Shown: in pieces, positions 1 to 8,876 of the stretch
How the letters are laid out: each line of letters opens with the position of its first letter
How positions within the stretch are numbered: the first letter of the stretch is position 1
From: an uncultured Alphaproteobacteria bacterium
GTDB lineage: Bacteria; Pseudomonadota; Alphaproteobacteria; RF32; CAG-239
Assembly (NCBI GenBank): GCA_947588655.1
Contig: CANPYS010000004.1
Coordinates: 3,947 to 67,946 of the forward strand
Length of the DNA stretch: 64,000 nucleotides
Direction of reading: 5' to 3'
Translations under genes and position numbers: made by a program
Notes under the pieces: generated by a model
What the model was told of the DNA's origin: nothing
Seen by the model: the letters and a program-made list of their open reading frames with translations, nothing else
Database searches by the model: none

Positions 1-232
1 TCACAAAGCGTGCCAGATAAGGCATATCAACGTTTTTTTGAAACATATCATCTAAAACGGCGTATTTTTCTTGCAAGTTTTGGTTACCTAACGCCTCAAT
101 CAGGCGGTACCCCGTCTGGTTGATAAAATCTTTGGCCTTTGTTGCGGAAACAGGTGCGGCAACCGTGGCAAAGCTTAAAAAACAAGCCATGCAAATTGTT
201 GTTAAAAACGCTAAAAAACTCTTCAATTTCAT
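1..232 (-). CDS. mlaC: MlaC/Ttg2D-like ABC transporter substrate-binding protein, 5' part (runs off window start)
   Basis: Manual translation from ATG at 232: MKLKSFLAFLTTICMACFLSFATVAAPVSATKAKDFINQTGYRLIEALGNQNLQEKYAVLDDMFQKNVDMPYLARFV. Signal peptide followed by a helix pattern ending ...D-x-x-x-L-A-R-F-V, typical of the MlaC N-terminus. Confidence 0.6.
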   Translation of the reverse strand, partial: MKLKSFLAFLTTICMACFLSFATVAAPVSATKAKDFINQTGYRLIEALGNQNLQEKYAVLDDMFQKNVDMPYLARFV

Positions 233-290
233 TTCAAATGCCTTAATCTGTTATATTGTTTTGATATTTTAACACAAAACGGTTAATAAA
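193..290. repeat. 98-bp direct repeat, copy 1
   Basis: aaattgttgttaaaaacgct...aacacaaaacggttaataaa; 3 mismatches to the copy at 1932-2029 (aligned by eye). Confidence 0.95.
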
Positions 291-312
291 GTATGGAGAG
301 GATAATTCATTT

Positions 313-1933
313 ATGCCGCTTTTTGAAGACCACATTTTAACAAATATTTTTGACCGCCTGAAAACTTACGCCTGTTCGGATATTTTTTTGCCGATTTTTG
401 CGCTTATTTTGCTCACGCTTTATGTGTTGGCGAGGGTTCTGCGCCCTTATTTGACAACAAGTGAAAATATGCTTGAAAATACGCAAGAATCAGGCTCTTC
501 CTTACCCCCCCCAGCAAAAATCTTATTTACCAAGCTTATTTATTTTAGCCTTAACGCAACTTGTTTACATCTTTATTTTGTGGCAAACGAACATCGGTAC
601 TTTTTCAAACTTTGATACCATGTTTTTCTCGTTTGGCCAAGGCACATGGCAACAATACGGGTTTGAAAGACGCTTTAATCCGTTGGTGTTTTTAGATCTG
701 ACCTTTTTGTTTGGCATTACACATCATCCGGTTGTGCTTAACTTCTATATCTTATGTGTACATGCTTTGGAACTTTGGCTCTTATATAAGTTTTTTGACT
801 TCATTAAGCCGCAAAAACGTTTAATATTGCTTGGGCTTTTCTCGGTTTTACCCTCCACTTTATGGACACTTCCAATCAATTTTACCGAAAGGTGGATGCT
901 GATTGAAATTTTATTAAGCTTGCTTTGTTTTAAAAATTTTCTTAAAACGCACCGCTTTCAAAGTGTGTTGGGCTTTTTGTTTTGGGCGAATGTCGCTTGT
1001 TATGTGAAGGAAACATGCTTTTTGTTTTATGTGATGCTTTTTATTTGCCTGATATTATGGCGCATTTATCAAAACGATATTGTGCTGGCGTCTTTTTTGC
1101 ACCCCGTGCGAAGCATACAAAAAATGCCTTTGGAATTTTTGCTTGGGCTGTCTTTGTTATTTTGGTTTATACAATATATTTTCGTTTGTCTTGATTTTAC
1201 GACCAATTCGTATCTTTTAGATAGACAAGCGAATTTTTTGGAAATTATTTGTTTGTATAAATTTGAATTAACGCTGACGGTTATCAGCCTGTTTTGTGTT
1301 TTTTCCCAAAAAGAAGTTTCGCTTTTTAATAAATTAATTTTGATGGCTCATGTCTTAAGTGTATTCTTTATTTTATTTATCTTAAGGTTAATCAGCGTTG
1401 ATTATATGTACGGCATAACATATTATGTTTATGTCCCAATAGCGTTTATTTTGATGGGCTTAGGCTGTGTTAAGAAAAATTTTGTTTTTTATTTTTGGAT
1501 AAGTTTGAGTCTTTTTGCCGTCCTTTTAATCAATAAAGAAATTTTTAAACACCATCAGGGACAATTTAACCTTGAAATGTCTGAATTTGTAAAAAAATTG
1601 CATGATACAAATCTCATCGTAGATTCCTCAGCGTCGTATGTGTTAGGCGGCAGAAAATTTGAGCTTGCTTATGTCAAAGCTTTTTATCGTGCTTTTCAAA
1701 ATGATTTTTTAAAACAAAATGTTAAAATTAAATTTGAGCCGTCCGATGACTTTCTGTTCCCTGAGGAAGAAGATGACCTTATTTTGATTGATAAAGTAGA
1801 AAAAGGCGATTATGTCTTAATCAAGAAAAATGCGCAAGAAAAGGTTGTTTCGGATATAACGGTAAGTTATCCGCGGCAAAAAGTTTTTGAAAATAAATTT
1901 TACCTGATTTATCAGATAACAGGGGCTGAATAA
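313..1933 (+). CDS. Multi-pass membrane protein (GT-C-like), frameshifted at C8 tract; ~539 aa if rejoined
   Basis: ORFs 313..615 and 461..1933 overlap at C8 (505-512). C7 or C10 joins ...GSSLPP to QQKSYLPSLFILALTQ.... Many hydrophobic segments; lies next to GT-C-like and GtrB-like genes. Confidence 0.65.
505..512 (+). repeat. C8 homopolymer, out of frame
   Basis: cttaCCCCCCCCagc at the frame junction of two overlapping ORFs. Confidence 0.85.
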
Positions 1934-2029
1934 ATTGTTGTTAAAAACGCTAAAAAACTCTTCAATTTCATCTTAAATGCCTTAATCTGTTATATTGTTT
2001 TGATATTCTAACACAAAACGGTTAATAAA
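1932..2029. repeat. 98-bp direct repeat, copy 2
   Basis: Near-identical to 193-290; ends immediately before ATG 2030. Confidence 0.95.
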
Positions 2030-3784
2030 ATGCGTATTGCTGATGATTTTGCTCAAAAAATTTTAAAATTTTTCCAAACCAATATGTGTGTTTTGTTTGT
2101 GATGCTTATTCTTGGTATGACCTTAAGCATCTGTTGTTCGTTTGAAATGAATTGGGATTTTGCCAATTATCATTATTATAACGCCTTTGCTTTCATGCAT
2201 CATCGGCTCAATTTTGACATTGTGCCGGCATCGGTTAACACGTTTTTTAATCCACTGATTGAAATGCCTTTATATTTTGCCATAACGCATTTGAATGAGT
2301 TTCCTAAACTGATTTATGCCTTGCAGGGCGTGAGCTTTGGCTTGATGATGTTTGCTTTATATAAGATTTTTTCACTCTTTTTTACACCTGATAAGCTCAC
2401 AAATGTCTGTCTTATTTTGCTGGCAGTTATCGTATCAATTAGCGGCAAGGCCACGTTTATACAAATCGGGACTTCTACTAATGAAATAAGCATCGCCTTT
2501 TTGATCTTATCAGGGCTTTATATTTTATTAAAAATCATCAAATTTCCCAAACTTCAGGTTTGGTACAAATTTTTAATTGCTGGCCTTATGATGGGCGTGG
2601 CTTTGGGCTTAAAGCCCACTTGCATCACCTGGTGCATGGCAAGTGGCTTGATGTTGATGTTTTGTTTTAAATATCTGCAAAAGCCCGTGCGAAGCATTAT
2701 GCTTTTTGCTATGGGCGGTTTAATGGGATATTTAGTGGTTAACGGCTGGTGGATGCTTGTTCTTTGGCGCTTATATCAAAACCCGTTTTTTCCGTTTTTG
2801 AACGGTATTTTTAAATCAGAATATTTTGATGCCTTTAATTATCGTGACGCGCGCTTTTTGCCAACCAATTTTTTAACCGCGCTTATCTATCCGTTCCAAT
2901 TATACTTCAGTCATGAAAGCAGGGGTAATGATTATCGGCTCACAATATATTATATTTTGCTTTGGAGCTTTCCGCTTTATTTAATGGTAAAATCTCGCTT
3001 CAAATGGTGGCTTAAAAACCGTCCGATGGAAACGGCATTTTTTGTGTTTATGCTTTTGGGTTATATTCTGTGGCTTAATATATTCAGCATTTATCGTTAT
3101 TCGGTTGTCTATGAGTGTTTAGGCTCGGTTATGCTGTTGGCGGTTTTAAAGCATTTTCTGCCGCGTCGTCTTGTTTTTCGGGTTATTTACGCTTCATTTG
3201 TTATTGTTTTCTTATATGCTTTAATCGGTCAATCTTTCAAATTTCTTCAATCTTACAAAATTGACAGAGAAGAAAAATTTATATTTGTAGAGCCAATCCG
3301 CTTGCCAGAGAATACACTCGTTAAACTTTATAACTTCCCGACGGCGGCGGTTATTCCTGAGTTGTATAAAAATAATCCGACTTTGCGCGCGGCGGGCTAT
3401 TCGCAATGGAATATTAAATATATGAAAGGCTCCGATTTTGCAGAACGTGGAAAATTCAGAGGAATACGCGACCAAATTGAAAAGGAGTATAAAAACAAAA
3501 TTATTGTTTATTATAATTCTGATATATTTCCAACATCTTTGGAAGTGTATGATAAAAACTTAGACGCATGCTATAAAATGGCCGAGCATATATTTCAGAC
3601 TGAACATCGTGTCATTAATTGTTTAGATGACGGTAATTTTCATATCATTCGCGAAGCCCTGCGTGAAGAAATGAAAGATGATTATTATTGTCGGTTGCTC
3701 AAAAATAATATTTATCCGACGAGGTGGCATATTTGTGTGCCGAAAGAATTGAAAACTCAAATTTTAGGAGATACTGATGACTGA
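2030..3784 (+). CDS. Polytopic membrane protein, putative GT-C-fold glycosyltransferase
   Basis: 584 aa, many TM segments, N-terminal loop NWDFANYHYYNAFAF...NTFFNPL; overlaps the downstream GtrB-like gene. Confidence 0.6.
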   Translation: MRIADDFAQKILKFFQTNMCVLFVMLILGMTLSICCSFEMNWDFANYHYYNAFAFMHHRLNFDIVPASVNTFFNPLIEMPLYFAITHLNEFPKLIYALQGVSFGLMMFALYKIFSLFFTPDKLTNVCLILLAVIVSISGKATFIQIGTSTNEISIAFLILSGLYILLKIIKFPKLQVWYKFLIAGLMMGVALGLKPTCITWCMASGLMLMFCFKYLQKPVRSIMLFAMGGLMGYLVVNGWWMLVLWRLYQNPFFPFLNGIFKSEYFDAFNYRDARFLPTNFLTALIYPFQLYFSHESRGNDYRLTIYYILLWSFPLYLMVKSRFKWWLKNRPMETAFFVFMLLGYILWLNIFSIYRYSVVYECLGSVMLLAVLKHFLPRRLVFRVIYASFVIVFLYALIGQSFKFLQSYKIDREEKFIFVEPIRLPENTLVKLYNFPTAAVIPELYKNNPTLRAAGYSQWNIKYMKGSDFAERGKFRGIRDQIEKEYKNKIIVYYNSDIFPTSLEVYDKNLDACYKMAEHIFQTEHRVINCLDDGNFHIIREALREEMKDDYYCRLLKNNIYPTRWHICVPKELKTQILGDTDD

Positions 3785-4688
3785 TCAAGTTGCCGTTTTA
3801 ATTCCTTGTTTCAATGAAGAAAAAGCCATTGCCAAGGTAATTAAAGATTTTCAAAAATATCTGCCCAGAGCTAAGATTTATGTTTATGATAATAACTCCA
3901 CCGATAAAACGGTTGAAATTGCAAAAAAATGCGGCGCAATTGTTCGGTTTGAACCCATGCAAGGCAAGGGAAATGTGGTCAGACGCATGTTTGCCGATGT
4001 TGATGCCGATATTTACGTAATGTCAGACGGTGATGAAACGTATGACATTAAACGCACACCCGATTTAATCAAAACTTTGCAAGATGAAAATTTGGATATG
4101 GTTACCGGGGCACGAAAAGAAGTTGATTTAGCTTGTTATCGGTTAGGGCATCGCTCGGGGAATTTGGTTTTAACAAAACTTGTTGAATTGTTTTTTCATC
4201 ATCAGTTGATGGATATGCTTTCAGGCTTTCGGGTTTTTTCCAAACGCTTTGTTAAAACATTTCCGGCTTCTTCCTATGGTTTTGAAATTGAAACGGAACT
4301 CACAGTTTATGCACTTTCTTCGCGCTTACCTATAAAAGAGGTGGAAACAGATTATTTTGCGCGACCAGCTGGATCATATAGCAAACTTTCAACGTATCGT
4401 GACGGCATACGTATTTTGCGCACCATTGTCATGTTTGTGAAAGAAGAACGCCCGCTTTTATTTTTCAGCCTGTTTGCTTTGATGTTCTTCTTGCTGGGCA
4501 TTGTCTTTGGCTTTCCGGTTTTGCTTGAGTTTTTGAAAAGTGGCCTTGTGCCCAAATTGCCAACGGCTGTTTTGGTTATTGGGTTTGGCATTTGCGGATT
4601 TGTCTCTTTGGTTGTCGGGTTTATTTTAGATAGCATTGCCTCCGCCCGAAAAGAAAACCGTCGGCAGGCATATTTGAGGATAAAATAA
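3777..4688 (+). CDS. GT2 polyprenol-phosphate glycosyltransferase (GtrB/DPM1-like)
   Basis: VLIPCFNEE, YVYDNNSTD, QGKGNVVR, DGDETYD, DMLSGFR, FEIETE motifs; two C-terminal TM helices. Confidence 0.9.
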   Translation: MTDQVAVLIPCFNEEKAIAKVIKDFQKYLPRAKIYVYDNNSTDKTVEIAKKCGAIVRFEPMQGKGNVVRRMFADVDADIYVMSDGDETYDIKRTPDLIKTLQDENLDMVTGARKEVDLACYRLGHRSGNLVLTKLVELFFHHQLMDMLSGFRVFSKRFVKTFPASSYGFEIETELTVYALSSRLPIKEVETDYFARPAGSYSKLSTYRDGIRILRTIVMFVKEERPLLFFSLFALMFFLLGIVFGFPVLLEFLKSGLVPKLPTAVLVIGFGICGFVSLVVGFILDSIASARKENRRQAYLRIK

Positions 4689-4875
4689 TGGAATATCGCG
4701 GCGAAGATAACCTTCAAACAATGCTTTTGGCTCAAAATTATAATCGTTTTTTGCTCAATTTGGCTGTTCAAAATATAAAACAAACAAAAGCTCAAAATAT
4801 TGTTGACTTTGGGCAGGCAATGGCTTTTTTGCCACTTTAGTTTATAAACTTCAAATGATTGCGCAAAAACCTTAG
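4688..4875 (+). pseudogene. Truncated, frameshifted class I SAM methyltransferase remnant
   Basis: ATG overlaps the previous stop (TAATG). Reads MEYRGEDNLQTMLLAQNYNRFLL...IVDFG; adding one G at 4811-4813 gives motif-I-like DFGAGNGFFATL, then a stop at 4873-4875. Confidence 0.6.
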
Positions 4876-4881
4876 AAAAAA

Positions 4882-5547
4882 TTAATTAAGCAATTCCAAA
4901 GTTTTTTTCTGAAGTTCTTTAACGCGTTCATAGTTGGTTTTGCTTTTTGCCGCCGCATAAATTTCTAAAAGGCGCGCGCAAATGGAAAGTGTGTTTTGGC
5001 ATTTTTCCAAAATAGAGATGTTTTCCGCCGTGATAAAATCAAGCGCATATTCCAAATATTTTGCTTGCAAACGAATGTCATCAGTTGTGTCGGCAAGCTC
5101 CACAAAAGCTTGCCTTTTATACAGATTGTCTTGAGAAAGCGCTATTTGTTCCACTGTCTTGCGCCAACTTTTTTCATCTTGAAGTTCGCCATAAACATGC
5201 GCCAATTTTTCTAATGTGGCGCGTTTTTCTGCCTCTGAGCGACTAAATTCAAGAGCGTTTTCATAATATTGAACCGCATAAATATAATTATCTGCTTGCG
5301 GCGTATGCGTGTTGCGTTCAATGAACATATCGCCGATGTTGCTATATGTCCAAAATAAAATCTGGTTGCGCTTGACTGTTTCGTCCTTAATGCAAAGCTT
5401 TGAATCAGCGCAGTAACTAATGACCTCATTATAAGCTAAAAGCTTATCGTCAATATCGCGCAAATATTTAACCCTTTCCGAGGCCATACGATAAATTTTG
5501 AGCAAATCTGTATCAGAATGAAAAGGCTTTTCTTTTAAGTTTTTCAT
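4882..5547 (-). CDS. Hypothetical helical (TPR-like) protein
   Basis: ORF 4882..5592; likely start MKNLKEK at 5547, overlapping the upstream stop (ATGA). Contains AVQYYENALEF-type helices. Confidence 0.55.
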   Translation of the reverse strand: MKNLKEKPFHSDTDLLKIYRMASERVKYLRDIDDKLLAYNEVISYCADSKLCIKDETVKRNQILFWTYSNIGDMFIERNTHTPQADNYIYAVQYYENALEFSRSEAEKRATLEKLAHVYGELQDEKSWRKTVEQIALSQDNLYKRQAFVELADTTDDIRLQAKYLEYALDFITAENISILEKCQNTLSICARLLEIYAAAKSKTNYERVKELQKKTLELLN

Positions 5548-5843
5548 TGATAAAGCCTTTCTTCGGTTTGTTTGCCGCCGGCATGAAGGCAAAATTCTTC
5601 ACGATTCAAGGCATATTTTTGAAAAACGGCGCATTGCGCGCACAAACAGCCCCTGTCTATATGAATGCAGTTGCTTTTTTGAAAGGCGCAAAACATTTTT
5701 TCATAATGCGTCCGAACCGCTAAATCAGGTGTTTGCTGATTTTTATTCTGTAATGCATTTTTGATGCGACAAACCGGCGAATAAGACGGACAACGCAAGC
5801 ACAAACAAAGCGATATATTTTCTTGAGTTTTTTCAACGCGCAT
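5544..5843 (-). CDS. Small Cys-rich protein, DUF2769-like
   Basis: CLCLRCPSY...C...MFCAFQKSNCI...GCLCAQCAVF...FC pattern. Confidence 0.6.
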   Translation of the reverse strand: MRVEKTQENISLCLCLRCPSYSPVCRIKNALQNKNQQTPDLAVRTHYEKMFCAFQKSNCIHIDRGCLCAQCAVFQKYALNREEFCLHAGGKQTEERLYQ

Positions 5844-5904
5844 TTTTCCTCCTTTGCAGGAGAAAATAAGCGCCTTTTATATAAATACAAGCTTGATTAA
5901 AGTT

Positions 5905-6192
5905 TTAAATGTGCTCAAAAACACCGTCTTCAATCGGTGGCAAAAAACCACTGCTTGGACGAGGTAAAAAATCTATGGAATCAACACGTGCCGCCCAAGG
6001 GCCTTGATAGCAAGCGGCAATCATAGCTTCAACTTGAGGCTCTTCGCCTTTCATCAAAATTTCAACACTGCCGTCGGGCATATTTAAAACCCAACCGGAA
6101 ATGCCGCCAATTTCCAGAGCCTTGCGCTCCGCCCAACGCCGATACCCAATGCCTTGCACGCGCCCTTTAATTTTAAGACAAACTTCCCTCAT
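5905..6192 (-). CDS. acyP: Acylphosphatase
   Basis: GRVQGIGYR and GWVLNMPDGSVE signatures; start taken at MREV (6192). Confidence 0.9.
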   Translation of the reverse strand: MREVCLKIKGRVQGIGYRRWAERKALEIGGISGWVLNMPDGSVEILMKGEEPQVEAMIAACYQGPWAARVDSIDFLPRPSSGFLPPIEDGVFEHI

Positions 6193-6269
6193 AACTATAA
6201 GATATAAAAACTTTTCTTCAAATGCAAGGCAAACACTTTTTTGTTGCGACTTATGAAATTTTATCATTT

Positions 6270-6285
6270 TGTGATTTTTCTCACA
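6270..6285. promoter_or_regulatory. CRP/FNR-family-type palindrome TGTGA-N6-TCACA
   Basis: tgtga tttttc tcaca in the divergent acyP/oxidoreductase intergenic region. Confidence 0.4.
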
Positions 6286-6419
6286 TAAAAACAGAACTTA
6301 ACATATTGTTTTAACGACAAAAAATAGATTGTAACAATATGTAACAAGAATTTACAAGCATTTGAACTAAAAATGTGATATATATAGCCTAGTTTCTTAA
6401 CATTTTAAGAGGTTTTTTT

Positions 6420-7442
6420 ATGACAGATACCGTTAAAGTAGCAGTCATTGGTGCAGGAATGATGGGTAAAAACCATCTGAAAACTTATAAATCGTTGCCA
6501 GGCATTGAACTCGTCGGGGTGTACGATATTTTTCCTGAGGCGGCAAAAGCCGCGGCTGAAACATTTGGTATTAAGGCTTTTTCAAGCATGGAAGAAGTTG
6601 CCGCAAGCGTTGACGCTGTCAGCGTTGTAACAACTTCTGTCACGCATGCCGATGTTGGCGAATTTTTCTTAAAACACGGCATTCATTGCCTGATTGAAAA
6701 ACCTCTTGCCACCACGGAAGACGAATGTTATCGGTTAATTAACGCCGCCCAAAAGAATAATGTAACGCTTTTGGTCGGGCATATTGAGCGCTTTAATCCG
6801 GCGGTGGAACAAATGGCTAAAATTTTATCTGACACTTCCAAAATCCGCTCTTTAACCGCGCAACGTATGTCTGCCGCAAGCGGACGCATTACTGATGTTG
6901 ACGTGGCAATGGATTTGATGATTCACGATGTGGAAGTGATTCTTTCGCTTGTTAAATCGCCTGTTGTCAATGTGCAAGCATGCTCTGTCAAAACACCTGA
7001 TAAACCCGAGGGCAAAGACTACATTACCGCGATTTTGGAATTTGAAAACGGTGCAACCGCAAACTTAACGGCGAGTCGCATCACACAAGCACGCGTGCGC
7101 ACTTTAACAGTCACAACAGATACAAACTATATTGATATGGACTTTATCAATCAAAGCATTAACGTTCACGCGCAAGGGCGTATGCCTTATATCAATCAAG
7201 AAGATATTCCTGATTGGATGAATTATGGCTTGAAAGGCTCGGTGGAGCAACTCTTTATTCCGACCAATCAACCTTTGGCGGCTGAGCTTTCACATTTTGC
7301 CGATTGCGTGCGTGGCAAAGCCACACCCCGTATTAACGGTGAAAGTGCGCTCAATGCCTTAAGAGTTATTTGGGAGGTTGAACGTCGCCTGGGTTTTTTA
7401 GAACAAAATAACAGCTCTAATCTAAAATTAGCGGCTGAATAA
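6420..7442 (+). CDS. Gfo/Idh/MocA oxidoreductase (GnnA/WlbA-like UDP-sugar 3-dehydrogenase)
   Basis: VAVIGAGMMG, CLIEKPLA, VGHIERFNPA, DLMIHD motifs. Confidence 0.85.
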   Translation: MTDTVKVAVIGAGMMGKNHLKTYKSLPGIELVGVYDIFPEAAKAAAETFGIKAFSSMEEVAASVDAVSVVTTSVTHADVGEFFLKHGIHCLIEKPLATTEDECYRLINAAQKNNVTLLVGHIERFNPAVEQMAKILSDTSKIRSLTAQRMSAASGRITDVDVAMDLMIHDVEVILSLVKSPVVNVQACSVKTPDKPEGKDYITAILEFENGATANLTASRITQARVRTLTVTTDTNYIDMDFINQSINVHAQGRMPYINQEDIPDWMNYGLKGSVEQLFIPTNQPLAAELSHFADCVRGKATPRINGESALNALRVIWEVERRLGFLEQNNSSNLKLAAE

Positions 7443-7447
7443 AAATT

Positions 7448-7471
7448 AACCCCTCATGAGAGGGGTTTTTT
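7448..7471 (+). terminator. Intrinsic terminator
   Basis: aacccctc-atga-gaggggtt followed by tttt, just after the 7442 stop. Confidence 0.7.
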
Positions 7472-7532
7472 AATGCCTTAGAAACTTTTTGATGTTAAAC
7501 TGCGCCGTAAATGTATCAAAAGGAGCGGAACT

Positions 7533-8876
7533 TTGTTTCAAAATACAGTCATAACAACATATTTTAACAAAAAAATGGCAACAATGCTCGGGCTTGGATT
7601 TGCCAGTGGTTTTCCTTTTTTGTTGGTATTTAGCACATTAAGCTTATGGCTTAAAGAAGCCTCGTGGACTTATGCCGCTATTGGCGCGTTTTCATTGGTT
7701 AAACTTCCATATGCTCTCAAATGGCTCGTCTCGCCTTTTTTAGATAAAGTCAAATTTCCATTTTTATGGCGCATGGGACGAAGGCGCAGTTGGGGCTTGG
7801 CGTTGCAACTGCTTTTATTTGGGGGCATTTTAGCAATGTCTGCCGTTCATCCGGAACAAAATCACGCTTTGGTTTGGATATGCGCCGGCTTTATCTGTAC
7901 AGCATCGGCTTGTTTAGACATTGTTTTAGATGCCTACCGTGTTGAAAGCTTTGCTAATCGCCCTGAAGAGCAAGCTTCTGGCTCGGCAGTTTTTGTTTTG
8001 GGCTATCGTATCGGGCTTGTATTTTCAGGAGCAGGCGCGTTAACTTTAGCGACTTTTGTTTCTTGGCACACGGTTTATTTAATTATGGCTTTTGGCACGC
8101 TCATTGGTTTTATAACACTTTTATCAGCGGGCGAGCCAAACACGGCTTTTAAATACGCCAATTCAGAAAAAAAATCTTGCCAAGAGCGGTTAAAAGCCTT
8201 TTGGAAAGGTTCAATCATTGCCCCTTTTACCGATTTTGCCAAACATCGGCAATGGCCTGTCATTTTGGCACTGATTTTCATTTACCGCATGAGTGACGCT
8301 TATTTTGGACCAATGTCTTTTCCGTTTTACGATGATATGGGTTTTTCAAAATTTGAAATCGCTTACATTATCAAAATTTATGGCATGGCGGCAACCATTA
8401 TCGGCGGTCTTTTTGGTGGTCTTTTGCTCAAAAAAGTCGGCATTTTGAAAGGCCTGTATATTTGCGGCTTTACGCAAGGTTTAACAACACTAATGTTTTC
8501 ATGGCAAGCTTTATCTGGGCACAATTTATGGCTTTTGACGCTTGTGATTTCCTTGGAAAATTTTTCATCAGGCATGGCAACAACCGCGCTCGTGGCTTAT
8601 ATATCTTCACTTTGTAATGTGCTTTATACAGCAACGCAATATGCTTTATTATCCTCAATTATGAGTGTCGCGCGCGATGTTTTCGCCTCAACGAGCGGCA
8701 TTTTAGCGGAATATGTGAACTGGCCGATTTTCTTTGCTATTGCGGCGGCTTTCAGCATTCCCGGAATTATGATTGTTAAATGGCTGATGATAACCGAAAA
8801 TGAGCAAATTTTGGTTGAAAAACAAAATAAATCGCGCTATCATAAATCACACATGAAAGGCAAAACAAATGTCTGA
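7533..8876 (+). CDS. ampG: AmpG muropeptide MFS permease
   Basis: LGLGFASGFP, GRRRSW, DIVLDAYRVE, ATQYALLSS; AGGAG upstream of a TTG start. Confidence 0.9.
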   Translation: MFQNTVITTYFNKKMATMLGLGFASGFPFLLVFSTLSLWLKEASWTYAAIGAFSLVKLPYALKWLVSPFLDKVKFPFLWRMGRRRSWGLALQLLLFGGILAMSAVHPEQNHALVWICAGFICTASACLDIVLDAYRVESFANRPEEQASGSAVFVLGYRIGLVFSGAGALTLATFVSWHTVYLIMAFGTLIGFITLLSAGEPNTAFKYANSEKKSCQERLKAFWKGSIIAPFTDFAKHRQWPVILALIFIYRMSDAYFGPMSFPFYDDMGFSKFEIAYIIKIYGMAATIIGGLFGGLLLKKVGILKGLYICGFTQGLTTLMFSWQALSGHNLWLLTLVISLENFSSGMATTALVAYISSLCNVLYTATQYALLSSIMSVARDVFASTSGILAEYVNWPIFFAIAAAFSIPGIMIVKWLMITENEQILVEKQNKSRYHKSHMKGKTNV

